A stretch of DNA of 64,000 nt. Source: the human T2T-CHM13v2.0 reference genome, Homo sapiens. A model generated the notes under the pieces. The model saw only the letters and a program-made list of their open reading frames with translations. It was not told the origin of the DNA and ran no database searches. A program made the translations under genes and the position numbers. Positions 36,199 through 50,960 of this stretch are shown here, one piece after another. The stretch lies in assembly GCF_009914755.1 (NCBI RefSeq), contig NC_060947.1. One strand, given 5' to 3'. The stretch's first letter is position 1. Each line of letters opens with the position of its first letter.

Positions 36199-37022
36199 AC
36201 CTCCTATATCCATACCCCCATTTTCTAAATAGTTATATTATCATCTTAAAATCAATATTATCTTTGCAAACATTTTGATTATGTAAATATTGTACATGGC
36301 TGAGCCATATTTTGTACTGACTTTTAAAGTACTTTACATAGAGTTAATAATTCCCTTGTTTCCTATTTCTTTGCTTTATTTATATAGAACTCATTAGATT
36401 TTCCCTAAGTTTTATAGCAGATAGTTAAAACCCCTTTTTGCAATCAAACATATCAGGTATTCTATCAGCTCCTTCTCTTTTTTCTTCCACACTTCCTCCC
36501 ATCTTCTCATGCCCTCTTCCTCTCACATTCCTTGCTCCAATCTGGACTAATCGCTCTCTAAACCAGTTCCACATGTGCCATTCTGGGGGCTTTTCCTCAT
36601 CATCGTCTGGGAAATTTTCTTCACCTCTTTTTTGCATTGATCTCCACTTTCCTAGACCCCACCTCTTACTCATTACTGGTTTGCTTGCTTTTTTTGATGC
36701 AGCTTATCTTTAAACAGCTTGCTAAGAAGGGTTCATCAGTCCATTTTCAAATAGCTTGCTAAGAATGTTAATCAACTTTTTGATATTTTGAATAAATAAA
36801 TATTTATTCTGATTTAAGGCTTTTGATATTATATTTTGTGCTGGACACTCAGTGGGTCCTCCTAATGTGGAAATATATCTTTTAGTTCTAGGAAGTTTTC
36901 TTGTATTATTTCTTTTATTTCCTCCCCCTTCTTTGCCTTGCTTTTTATTTCTGAAATTTCTATTATTTGGGTATTGGTTCCTTCGATTGATTATTTAATT
37001 TTCTTATATTTCTTCACTTTAG

Positions 37023-37515
<493 letters not shown>

Positions 37516-37689
37516 TACCTAATTTTTATTGTACCTGGTTTCAACTATTTATCATATTGTTTGGGATGATAGAATCATTATGATTTGAAATGATGAAGTT
37601 CTGAACTACCTCCCTTTCCCCAGTCCCAAATCTGAACAAGCAAAGCCTTAGAGGCCACTGGAATAATCTGTCTTCTTTTCCCCTTAGAG

Positions 37690-38230
37690 CAATGGGGAGC
37701 CATCAAAGTGTTTCAGCAACAACATGACATGATGGAGTTTTTGTTTTTGGAAAAACAAAAACAAACAAACAAAAAACCCCACTCTGTTTGATGTACGGAG
37801 AATAAATACGAGGAGTTTGAGGTAAGAGACAGAAACCATCTACGAGGCTTTTGTGGTAAAGGGATTGAGAGATGATGATAAACTAGGTTAAAGTTGATGG
37901 AGATGGAGGAAACAAAGCAAATTTGAGCTATTTTGTAGGCAGAATCAATAGGATATGGTGATGGATTGAATGCAGGCAGTAAAAGAGAGGGAAGTATCAA
38001 GCTTGAGTCCCAGCCATCTGGTGTAGGTAACTGGTTGAATATTGATGCCACTCACCCAGATAAAAAACAAAGAAGGAGGAGAGCAATTTTTTTTTTTTAA
38101 AAAATGTTTATTTTGCTCTGTTTTGTTTTTGTCAAGGGTGGGGAATGAAACTGAGTCCAGTCTAGGCATACCGAATTGAAGATGCATATGGGGTATACAA
38201 GTAAAGATGTTCAATGAACATCTGGAAATA
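37690..38230 (-). mobile_element. L2 fragment
   Basis: gcaatggggagccatcaaag...gtaggcagaatcaatagga...gatggattgaatg motifs. Confidence 0.7.
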
Positions 38231-41200
38231 CAATAGACTATTCTTTGGTTTCCAGCTATGGCTATAGAATCCAGAACTTCCTACAGCAACATTATTGCAA
38301 TTTGTGTTTTCAAAGGCTTTTTACCATGGCCAAATTTCACAAAAGAAACATATATTGCGCAATGAGTTAAAAATAAATGTCCACAATAGAGCGCTGTTCT
38401 GACCATCCTGATCTCTCATTAGTTGATGACGGTATTTTAAAAATGCCACTCCATTGGTAGATTCAGGGTTGTATCCCTATTTTGGGAATGATACGTATTT
38501 ACTTGAATCTATATCCAGAAGAACACTGTTTACATGACTTAATTTAGTTCTGAATTTTGTGCCTTGTTACTCTGTTTAATGGTGCCAAGCTATTTAGAAG
38601 CAGTAGGTAAATAATACATCTCTAAGCTTGGATCGCCTGTTTATAGTCAATTGACTTCTACCATCAGGAGATGGAAAATTAATGAACTCTATCTTTTCTG
38701 TGAGAACAAATTTTACTCAGTTCTTTTAAGTTGTTGTGAAGAATTCCTCGGACAGTTTTCAATCAGCCAGGACTTCCTAAGATGTTTTAAACTTAGGGAA
38801 CCCCTGTTCTTCAGGACATAGGTTTGCAATCTGTGAGCTTTGCTAGTATGCTTTATGTAGACAGTAGCTTGAGGAGCATTTTGGTCAATTTCTCACTTTG
38901 TTTTTCCAAGCTCAAATAACTTTGATTTGTATTCAGAATAAGCAGTTGGAGCTGTTTATGGCAGTTTTCTTTCTTTCTTTTACGTCTTTATTTTGTCTAG
39001 GATCTCTCAGGATATTTGCAAGGATATAGTCCTAAAAATAGCTTGTCTCTAAAGTGAACTTTTATAATACTATGCTAAATATTTTGATGTCTGTTCAGCT
39101 GTGGAGAACCATTCATCTGTTCTATTCAAACTATTTTTTCTGATTATTGAAAATGAGAATATAATTATTATTTCTTAACCACCATCAGTACTTTTTCTGG
39201 GATACAAAGTATTGCTATTTCTATACAACATAATTTTTGACTAATTAATTAGAATGTATGCCTATAATGTCAAGAATGTTTTCCTCTATATTTAGAAAGA
39301 GGACAAGAACATTTTTAGACTTCTTAACATTCAAATTCTTTGCAGGCCTGGTTGTATGTCTAGTCTGGGCCTTAACAGATCATGTTGAGAATAAATTACT
39401 TACTGATAATAGATGACAAATAACTGTAAGTATTCGGTGTCTAATAACCTGAGATCTTTTCATCCCAAAAGATGAGTGGGTTAGCAAAAAGTGAAAGATA
39501 AACCATGATAACATTAAAAAAGTTAATCAAATTAGTTATGGTATAGTTTTCAGGAACCAGATGAGGACACCAAGGAGCCTTTCCAACCTTATGGGTTTTT
39601 TTGTTTTTTTATTTTTATTTTTTTTTTGAGTGTATTGTTGGCTAGAGAAGGTCAGAGTCAAGATGATTCCAGTAAAATTTCAATGACATGCAATGAATAA
39701 AGTCAGAGAGGGTGGGACTCAGAATCAGAGACAGAAGAAATCTGAAGAAGGCAGGCTTTATTAATGGCGACCTAGAAACTAAAATCCAGAGCGGGAGAGG
39801 AAAGGTACGAGATGCATATAATACCAGAGAGGTCCCAAGAAGAGGAATGGCAGGTTCCTGTGAGGCTGTAATACTGTAAGGGACCACTCTGGCTGGTGCC
39901 ACAATCTATAATCCAGGCTCAAATATTTCCCTGACTACCTTGGTTATAGCTAAGTCTCCACGAGGTTACAGGTACAGGTTGAGGAAACTATAACAGTATG
40001 ATAGGAGGTAGATCATGACAGTTACCACTGTGTTCATGAAACCTACCTGTGTCTTTAGCAACTGGAAGTTAAGTTTGACACCTAGCCATCTGGAGCCCAC
40101 TAGACAACCAAGAAAAATGGGGCAAAAAAAATAAGCTATGGTTTTTTATAGTTGATTCTATACAGGTAGGGAAACTGAGAGCAGCTCAGATCCCTCAGGA
40201 ATGAAAATTAAGTCATACCACCCAGGTGAACATCAGAAAATAGCTACCTACCAGGGGTATTGACAGGTACCAGAAAAAATGGTGTTTATATACAATCTTA
40301 TGAATTATATATTTTATGCATATTTAGTACAAGTAATCTTGGTCATGGAGTGTTTAAATAGTAATATCCTAAGATATTTTGCCTTGGTTAGGAGTGGGTT
40401 ACATTTCATTGTGTTATCCAAGAGGTATCAGGGCACTCTACAAAAGGCAAATCTTGTAAATCCCACTTGGATTACAAGTAGGAAGAGACTTCTAGCCAAA
40501 GTGGATATAAACCACTGTCTGCTTTGTCTCCTAATCCTTGTTGCTGTGTTCAGAAGCATGTGGTGCTTTGCGGAAAGAATGCAATTATCCAAAAGTCCAT
40601 AAGCCCAGAATACACAGGTTAAATATATACATAGTTAATCTTGCCCTTTATTCCACATTCTCTATTCCTCTCTTGAGGTGTTTTGATCTTGTTTCCATGG
40701 CCTATAATAAGCTTCGCTGGTGTCCTGAATTTCCTGTCATATGCTGATAGAAGATATCACTAATTAATTATGGTATGCTTTCTCAGTGAGCTAGATCAGG
40801 CTATATACCCCTCAGCAGAGTGCTCCAGATAGCTACTATAAGTTGTTTGGCTTGGAGCTTAAGACAAAAACTATTTGATGTATTGGGTGTATAGTAACAG
40901 GAAAAAGAATTAGAAACAACTATAGGAAGGCTTGATCACCTGCTTACTCATTTCTTAGTATGCTTTCAGCAAAGGTAGAAGGGTAGACATTTCTGTCTAT
41001 ATATTCTAATGTTAGGAGATAAAAAATAATACATGCAGAATGAGGGTCTGTAGAGCAAAGAGTAAAATAAGCCATTAACTAAATGAGGACAGTGATCTTC
41101 TAATTCACCCAATACTAGGAAAGACTGCTTAATAAGTACCCATAGTGTTAAATCAATAGATAAGTACTAAGAAATGCAATTCTATGGCAACTAATCACCC

Positions 41201-41832
41201 AGGAAAAAGATAGGGTGACGATAGAGATAAAATAAGCCATATTACAGCACCCTTAGAAAGTACTTCAACTACACCACTGTGGGATTATAATATAAATAAT
41301 TAATAATTAAAAATACCAATTTAGAATGCAAGAAGCTAGGAAAAAAGGCAAATTCAACAATTTCCTTTTATGTTAACACTAAATAAACTTTATTTTCCCA
41401 TTAATGAGCTACAACAACTGTGGCACTAACCATTAACGTCACTGGAATCAAGACTCTTTAGACCCAGTGTTTATCTCCAACTCCACCAGATTCAATTGCC
41501 CCAAACTTGTTGAAGGAACACTGAGGAGAAATTTGTCTATACTGCTCACATCTGCTAAAAATTAAGAGCTAAATTTTTCTAGCTTCTGTAAATGCAGTGC
41601 AGACTTTTATCTCAGTAATGTTGCAGAAGAGGAATATAAAATAATGATGCTTTAAAAAAGAAAAAAAATCAGAACCCTTTACTTCAAAACTGTTTCATTA
41701 CAAAACCATATACCAATTCAGCAGGCACCGGAAGTGTTTTTGGGACTTCTTGGGAAATGCTTCATAGGATGCTGATGAGTCAAAACATTAAACATTGTCT
41801 TTTAATATAATATTTTTAACCTAAAATAATAA

Positions 41833-42214
<382 letters not shown>

Positions 42215-42399
42215 GAGACTTTTTGGTGATTTCTAAAAGGTAAGTTCATCCTTAAAGTTAGTGTTCAGTATTGCTGAAGAGGGTCAAACAATGTTCCCAA
42301 TGTTTGAAGACAATCCTAATGAAGATCTCCCTAAGTTCTTTGTGTGATGGTTGCTTCCCTGAATTGTGTGTAGCTTCCCCATGTAAGAAATGAGTAACC

Positions 42400-43020
42400 T
42401 TTATTCATATATTTATTCTCTTATTCATTTCACAAAAATATACTGAGTACCTACTCTGTTCCAGGTACTGATCTAGATGCTCAGGATGCAGGAATAAACC
42501 AAAAGAGACAAAGGTTTCTGCTGTCCTTTATATAGATTACAGCCAAGTGAGGGAAGACAGACAATAGGCAATAAACACTAATAAATAAATAATATATATC
42601 AGAAGGTGATAAGTGCTACTGAGAAAAGAAAAGATAAAGAAAGGGAAGAGGAATGAAAGCTATGAAGTTTTGGAATGGAAAGTTGTATTAATGAAAAGCT
42701 AATATTTGAGCTCAGAGTTAAAGTGGTGAAAAAGCCTGCTATCTGGATATCTGGGATAACTGCTATAGGCACAGAAAAAAAAACTAGAGAACATTCCTGA
42801 TAGCATGAAAGAACAACAAAATCAATGAAGATGAAATAGAGTGAATAAGGGGGAGAGTAAAGGAGATGAAGGCAGAGTCATAATAGCACAGGCCAGGTTA
42901 TGATGAGTTAGGTAGGTCGCTTGGCTTTTATTCTGAGTAATTTGGGGAACCACTGCAGTATTTTGACCAGAGATGTTATATGACCTGATTTGCTTTTTAA
43001 AAAGACAGTCCTGGGTGTTC
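42400..43020 (-). mobile_element. L2a 3' end
   Basis: ttattcatt...tactgagtacctactctgttccaggtactg...ggtgataagtgcta motifs. Confidence 0.8.
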
Positions 43021-46000
43021 CACTTCTGCTATGGCTGAGTAGTTCCTACTGGATCTCACCCTTCATAACAACTAGAAATGATTGAACAAAAGCAGGAGTT
43101 GTGAGTGTGTGGAGGATTGACACTTGAAAGAAGTGATGGCATCGGGTGAGATTCCTAAGTTCTAGCCACTTTACACTGCTACCTTCAGCCTGTTTCCAGA
43201 CTTTAGCAGTATAAAGTGGCTGGAACTCTGATGGAAAATCTGCAGTCACACAGGCTTAACGAATTAGAGTACAGAGTCTGGAGCAAGCACAGCCATTGCG
43301 TCTCTGGCTGACCATTGAATCACACATGTGCAGGGCAGATTCAAAGCAGCCCAGCTGAAGGTTAAAAAAAAAAAAAAAAAAGAAAAAGAAAAAGAAATTA
43401 AATGAGACTTGAGCTGTAACCCAAAAGAGACTTGTTGGAAAATCAAAGGAAATATCTACTAGGGAAGAAAGGGAAGTCTCTACTGAGGAGGTAACATTGA
43501 TGCAGAAATCTAATGGCTGAGAAAGAGCCAGCCATTGAAGGCAGGAGGAATGTGGGCAAGCTAAACAGGATTCCAGGCTTTGGGAACACCATAGCGAGAG
43601 ACTCAAAGGCAGGAAAGAGCGTGGTGTTTTCCAGGAAATGAAAGGAGGCAAAATGTGGAAGATATGAATGAGGGAGAGGGACAATTTATTACAAAACAGT
43701 AGCTGCTCTAAATTTTTATTATATACTCACCACTGTAGGGAGATAAAGAAAAAGCACTAAAGTTGATATCTATCCTTAAGGTACTTACAGTCATATCAGA
43801 GAGACAAGATTGGTGATGTCAATGAAACAACTAACCTTCAGCACCAGACAGCATGTAGTTGGTCAATGCTCTGAGTATTCAAAATACATTTGCAAGCAAG
43901 TATCATCTAATTTGACCCTCATAATAGCCCTAGGGAGCAGGTAGAATTATTACAACTATGTTTATTTAACCCAGTTATTCTCTCTCTCTCCTTCTCCCTC
44001 CCTGCCTCCTCACTAACTATATGCCCTATGAAGGCATGGGCCACACTTGTTTCTCTTACGACTGTACCCTCCTCAGCACCAGGCACAGCTCTGAGTTCAG
44101 TGTATTGCTCAGTAAATCTTTGTTAAGTGCATGAGTTTTACAGATTGGGAAGCCAAGGGTTTGAGGGGAAAGAACGTAAATGCTCAAGGGAACACAGCAT
44201 GTCTATGATAGAATTAATTCGACTTCATGGCGGTCATATCCTAGGCTAGTATTATAACTTGGCCAGTGATTTTCAATTCTCCTTGCCTCCCTTCTCTGCT
44301 TCCTCCCCTCTGCTTCGTTGTTTCCTCCTTTCCTTCCTTCCTTCAAATAGCAGAAACTTTTGTTTTCAAACAAAATTTTACTCACCTGGATGTAGAAAAC
44401 AGACAACATTTGTTATAAATGTATCATAGATACTTTATAATTCCAGTGTGTAATTTTAGGAATTACGATTAATGTCAGTCAATGAGAAGGATGAAAGTTG
44501 TTTAATGAACATAAAAATTAGATGCAGGTAGCAGTCATCTGACAGCCTCACTATCCAATTTATTAACTAATTTTGTTTTGAATGCCCAGTATTGAGAAAG
44601 TCCACATGAATCTAAAAGTATAGTAGCTGCAAATGGTAGCAGGTGTTAATTATAGATTTCCAGCAATCTCAAAATGCTTAAATTTCACTAATCCTGAGGC
44701 TTGAGAGATTAAAAGAGGACATCTTTATTTTAAACTTGAATCACTAGCAACAGCACCTAATTGTTAACTCACAAGCCTGCTTCAATGTTCTATAGTATGA
44801 TGATAGTGTCATCATCCAACATGGTCCATGCCCCTTTGTAACTGCATAACTGACTATCATGTGAATTTAGAGCAAGCACTGGTAATGCAGCTGTGCCTTG
44901 CCTTGCGTTGCATTGGGCCCCGCACATGTGTTCGGTAATCCTCTTCTCATTTGTGCAATTTTGTGGAAGTGGACCAGCACAGGACTGAAATAAAAAGGTA
45001 AATGAGAACTCATAACTCTCTAATAAATGACATATGTCTAAGAAGCTCAAATTTATACCAGATCTAATGGGAAGAACTTTATTCCAAGGTCTGCTCCCAA
45101 ACCTGCCTCACCGTACCACGCAAGGAAACTATCTACGACTTTCAACCTGCTCAAGCATGGCACATTTGAGCGAGCATATTATGTTTACTACAGTTTAACA
45201 AATAGTTTAGAGTGCTTTTCTAACATTAAATTCAACTCACATATTTGTACTCTTGAAACACCCAAGAGTTCTGCAGAACTCTGTTTGAAATCCAGGCCCT
45301 ACAGCACTATGCTTCACCATAAGCTATCTCAAACTTAGGTAGACTGACTGTGGTGAAGTCTGTCCAGCCCTAGCAGTGAGGCATTATAAGAAATTTCGTA
45401 TAGTCTTCAAGACGGGTATGTGCATTTTGCCAACAATCTCAGCACAGACAATGGAAACAAAGTCTTTTGCGCTCCAGTTGAAATGTAATCTCTCTGCCCA
45501 TCAAAATTCAGTGGGGCAACCAAAGGAATATCTGAATTTGTATAGAGTTATTATTTCCCTTTCCAGTTTACTTATCATTAATCTGTAAAGAGACATTCTA
45601 GAATTTTGAGAGTTGAAGACTATTTGAAAAAAATAGGTTATTTAGTTTTATTAACTTAATTTTGCATAAGTAATTTCTCGGAAAGGTCTGTAACTAACAC
45701 TCATTAGTCTTTATTTTTGTCAACTAAATAAAGCTGTTTTTACTGTTGTAAAATGTACAAGTTTAAGTTTACAAGAAAAGGAAGCTGAACATACTTTGTA
45801 GGGAAGGGAATATGTGTGAGAGACAGACAGGCAAAGGAGCTGGACAAGGGAGTTAGGTGGTTTGCTTTTTTTCTGCCTTAACAGACCTGAGAGTTAAACA
45901 CCTCTCTTAGCAGTGGTGGATCATGATGCAGTGATTCTCTGAATAAAGATGGGAATGAGGACATATAAAATTTGAGTGGGTCTTGTGTGTGTGGCTTGAA

Positions 46001-47865
46001 GAACTCACCCTTCCCCTGGTAATTAGGTAATTATAGTGTGAATGCTCCCTCATAGCTTCTCAATCTACTCAAATCCTATCTCGCTTTCTGAAGTGCCTCC
46101 TCCATAAAGACTTTCCTGACCTTTCTTATTCTTATTCGTCAGCCATTTGTCCCTTCTCTAAATTTCTATAAAAGTTATAGAATCAGTGCCACTTAACATA
46201 GCTAAATGAGGAAACAGAAAGTGTACTTAATTAGGAGTTAGAAGGCATAGGTGTGGGCTTGTGCCCCCACTGGGCAAGTAACTTCCTTATTTTGATTTCC
46301 ATCTATTAAATGAGGATGGTAGTAATAATTCTACCTGCTTTCTAGGGCTATTGTGAGGGTCAAATAAGATGATTCTTACAAATGTATTTTGAACACTCAG
46401 AGCATTGGCTAATTACATGCTGTCCAGGGTTGGAGGTTGGAGATAAGACATTAGCAGTCTTATCTCCCTGATATAATTGTAAGTACCTTGAAGATAGAGA
46501 TCAACATTAATGCTTTTGCTTCATCTCTCTACAGTGGTGAAACCACAATAAATATTTAGAACCATTATTGTTAATCATTTCCATTTACATAGTGCTTTAT
46601 AATTGCTGAAGCAATTTCACAAACATTACATTCATGGTGTATCTTCATTATTATAAGCCAGAAGATCAAGATTTTGAGAGACACAGTGACTTTCTTAAGG
46701 CCTCACAGAAGAGCTTTTGGAACTATCATACAGGTCTGCAGATTTATTATCTATGGCTCTTTTCACTGTGTGATTAACTTTTTGTAATCTGGGCAGTACC
46801 GAAGAGATGCTTTATTCTAGGTAGTTCATGAGGCTCTGGTTATAGAAGGAATTTGACTTTGTAAACCGTGTAAGTCCTCTGGAAGTGGCATTATTCATTC
46901 TCTACAGCTGGTTGTTCCTGTGCCTTTGACAGCTTTATTTTCTCTTTCATTATAACAGCAAAGGTAGTTAGTGCATGGCACATGCCCAGGGTGACATATG
47001 GTTTGGGGCTTCTCCATTTTGACAGAGTCAATTCTTATCTTTTGAGATTGTGAATTATCCAACGTCACTGTTGGGATGTTCTTGTCCTTTTTCCTGTCAT
47101 TCACTTTTTGTACATGTCACTATGAGCTTGAATTCTGATCCGAATGTAGCTAAGAAAGAGTGAGAGAGGATGACTGATTTCAATTCTAAATGTGATATTT
47201 TTAACCACCCTGCAAAAACGTTTTAGAGAAAAGTTTGAAGTTATTGGACAAAAATAAATTTTTAAATTATCAGGATAGTTTTTTCCCCTGCACATTCTCC
47301 TGGTCCTAATTAATACTGACTCTGTCATCCAAATTAATTCCAAACAAAAGTAAACAGTCAATGAAAAACATTATATCCTAACTATTGCAATTAAAATCTA
47401 AATTTAGATCAGAACATGCTCCTTAAATCACCCCAGAGTTTGACTAGGAATGAGGGTAATAGGGATGCAGTGAGCTACTGACAAGACCCTAGCACAATTC
47501 TCATCAATTTCTATAATGATTTTGACATTTCATCAAAGCTCAGGAGGAAATTAAGCAATTATTTATTTGACTTTAAAAATCACAGGGTGTCAGAATGTAC
47601 TCAAGTGACTGGAAATGAAATGCTCTGAAAGAGAAGAACTGCAGCAGGTACATCGCAACTGAAATTAGAGCAAGTGTCACTATGTCAGCTGCAAAGTGAC
47701 AGGTCTTACGCAGGGTGCTTCAGGTTAATGAGTGATATTTCATTTGGCCGGAGTGACCAGAAAGCTTCAATAATGTAATTTCATCTTAGAAAAGAACTAC
47801 TTGAAACAAAAGTCTATAGGAAGCTGATGTAGTTTTAAAAGCGGTGAAATTACCATGCAGCTGGA

Positions 47866-49797
47866 AGGGCGGATCAAGATGGCTGAATAGAGGGCTCCAC
47901 CAATTGTTCTCCCTGCAGGAACACCAAATATAACAACTATCTACACAAAAAGCACTTTCTTAAGAACCAAAAATCAGGTAGTTACCAGCACTGCCACAGT
48001 GGGGTCCTGGATTCTAGGTCCCTGATTCTATGCCTTGGCTCTTGGATGGCATTTCTGGAGCTGCCCTGGGCAAGAAGGTAGCCTGCTGCCCTAAAGGGTG
48101 AGTACCAGGCCTGGAAGCATTCACCAAAAGCTGACTAAAGAGCTTTTGGGCTTTAAGTGAACATCAGTGGTAGCCTGGCAATATTCTCCATGGGCCTGTG
48201 GTGGTGGTGGCCATTGGGTAAAGGTCTTTTGCCTGTGGAAAGGGGAAGGAAGAGTGAGAAGGACTGTGTTTCATGGTTTGAGTGCCAGTTCAGCCATAGT
48301 ACAATAGGATTCCAGGTAGATTTCTGAGGTTTCTGACTACTGTTCCTGGCTCTCTGCATCTCTGGACCTGCCAGGAGCCTGAGGGAACTTACCACCACGA
48401 AGGGAAGGACACAGGCCTGGTAGGCTTCACCACCTGCTGATTGTAGAGTCCTAGGGACTTAAGTGAACATAGGTGATAGCCAGGTAATGGTAACAGTGGG
48501 TGAGACCCAGTGCTGTGATAGCAATATGACTGCTCATGTCAACCTACCCCCAGCTCAAGGTGGCTCAGCACAGAGGGAGAGACTCCATTTATTTGGGAGA
48601 AAGTAAGGGAAGACAACAAGAGTGTTTCCCTGGTAATCAAGAGAATTCTTCTGGATCTTATCCAAGACCACTATGCTGATACCTCTACTAGTCTGCAAGA
48701 ACCAGATGGTTACTGGGTTTGGGTTGCCCCTTAGTGCAGATATGGCTTAGATCACAACATCCAAGTCCTTTCAAATACTTGGAAAGTCTTTCCAAGAAGG
48801 ATTGCTACAAATGAGCCCAGACTGTGGAGACTAAAATAAATACCTAACTCTTCAATGCCCAGACACCAACAGACATCCACAAGTATCAAGACGACCCAAG
48901 AAAACATGACTTCACCAAACAAACTAAATAAGGCACCAGGCACAAATTCTGGAGAAACAGAGATATGTGACCTTTCAAACAGATAATTCAAAATAGCTGT
49001 TTTGAGGAAACTCAAAGAAATTCAAGACAACACAGAGAAGGAATTCAGAATTTTATCAGATAAATTTAACAAAGAGATTGAAATAATTTTAAAAAATCAA
49101 GCAGAAATTCTAGAGTTAGAAAATGCAACAGGCATACTGAAGTATTCATCAGAGTCTTTTAAGAGCAGAACCGATAAATCAGAAAAAAGAATTAATGAGC
49201 TTGAAGACAGGCTAATTTAAAATACACAGTCAGAGGGGACAAAAGAAAAAAGAGTAAATAAATAAAGCACACATACAGGATCTAGAAAATAGCCACAAAA
49301 TGGCAAATCTGAGAGTTATTGGCTTTAAAGAGAAAGTAGAGAAGGAGATGGGGTAGAAAGTTGATTCGAACAAATAATAACACAGGACATCCCAAACCTA
49401 GAGAAAGATACCAATATCTAAGTACGAGAAGGATACAGAACACCAAGCAAATTTAACCCAAAGAAGACTACCTCAAGGCATTTAATACTCAAACTCCCAA
49501 AGGTCAAGGATAAAGAAAGGATCCTAAAATCAGCAAGAGAAAAGAAATAAATAACATCCAATGGAACTTCAATACGTCTGTCAGCAGACTTTTCAGTGGA
49601 AACCTTACAGGCCAAGTGAGAGTGACATGACATATTTAAAGTGCTGAAAGGAAAAAAAAAAACAAAAACTTTTACCCTAGAATAGCATATCCAGCAAAAG
49701 TATCCTTCAAACATGAAGGAGAAATAAAGACTTTCCCAGACAAACAAAAGCTGAGGGATTTCATCAATACCAGATTTGTCCTACAAGAAATGTTAGG
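47866..49797 (+). mobile_element. L1M/L1MA 5'UTR plus disrupted ORF1, 3'-truncated
   Basis: caagatggctgaatag start; ORF1 peptide RKLKEIQDNTEKEFRILSDKFNKEIEI...ELEDRL. Confidence 0.9.
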
Positions 49798-49801
49798 ATT
49801 A

Positions 49802-50960
49802 AGGGCCAAGATGGCTGACTAGAAACAGCTGTAGTTGGAGGCTCCCACTGAGAAGAATGAAAATGGCGAGGGAATCCTGCACCAGCAACTGAGGTATTCA
49901 AGTTCTCTCATTGGGACTGACTAGGCAGTTGGCATGACTTACGGAGAGCGAGGGAAAGTAGGGTGGTGCAAAGGCCCACCTGGGAGTCACATGGGGCAAG
50001 GGGTACTACCATCTCCAGCAAAGGGAGGCGATGAGCGATTGTGCTACCCTTATCAGGAAGCCATGCTTTTGCCATGGATCTGCGCAACCTGTGGATCAGG
50101 GGATCTCCCTCGTGAGCCCACACCACCAGGGCCTTGGGTCCCAAGCACAGAGCTGTGCAGATTCTTGGTGGCCACACGGCTAGAGACTAAGACTACTGAG
50201 TACCCAGGGGGAGGGGTGGCCATCATCACTGCGGTCGCGTTCTGCCTAAGACTGCTGAGCCCCCCGGAGGAGGGGTGGCTGTCATCACTGTGGCTGCCAG
50301 CTGCCTGCGACGACTGAACTCCTGCAGGGAGGTGTGGCTGCCATCACTGTGGCTCCAGTCTGCCATTTTTCCCCTGCCAGTGCCAGGGAAACGGGATGAT
50401 TTTGATCCAGGAGGAATTCCCCACAGCACAGCAGCTGTGGCAGATCATGGCCAGACTGCCTCTTTGGGCCAGACCCTGACCCATCCCTCCTCACTGGGCA
50501 AGGCCTCTCTGCAGGAATTTCAGCAAATCCAGCTGACACTCAGGGGTTCAGGGATAGAGCTCTGATCTCCTTGGGACTGAGCCCCTGCAGGGAGTGGTAG
50601 CAACGATCTCTGTGGATCAGCAGACTTAGTCTTTTCCCCTGCTGGCTCTGAGGAATCGAGGCAGTCCGGACCAGTGTGATTCCCCCAGTGCAATACACCG
50701 TCTCTGCCAAGGGGCAGCCCGAGTGCTTCATTAAGTGGGTCCCAGATCCCGTGCCTCCTGATTGGGTGAGATCCCCCAACAGTGGTCGCCAGACACCTTA
50801 TACAGGAGAGTTCCTGCTGGCATCAGGTCCATGCCCCTCTAGGGCAGAAATGCCAGAGGAAGGAGCAGGCAGCCATCTTTGCTGTTCTGCAGCCTCCACT
50901 GGTGACACCCCCAGGTGTGAGAGTGATCCAGGTGAATAGGGCCTAGCGTGGACCCCCAGC
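49802..50960 (+). mobile_element. Isolated 5'UTR of an older L1PA (about PA10-13), with an internal ~60-bp tandem repeat
   Basis: ggccaagatggctgactagaa start; gaggaaggagcaggcagccatctttgctgttctgcagcctcc motif; ends abruptly at ~50960. Confidence 0.85.

Noticed and set aside
45265-45282. 18-bp palindrome AGAGTTCTGCAGAACTCT
   Set aside because: Probably a remnant of a small palindromic hAT MITE, or chance.
50190-50365. Three ~60-bp repeats as a CRISPR-like array
   Set aside because: Degenerate tandem repeats without unique spacers, inside an L1 5'UTR in primate DNA.
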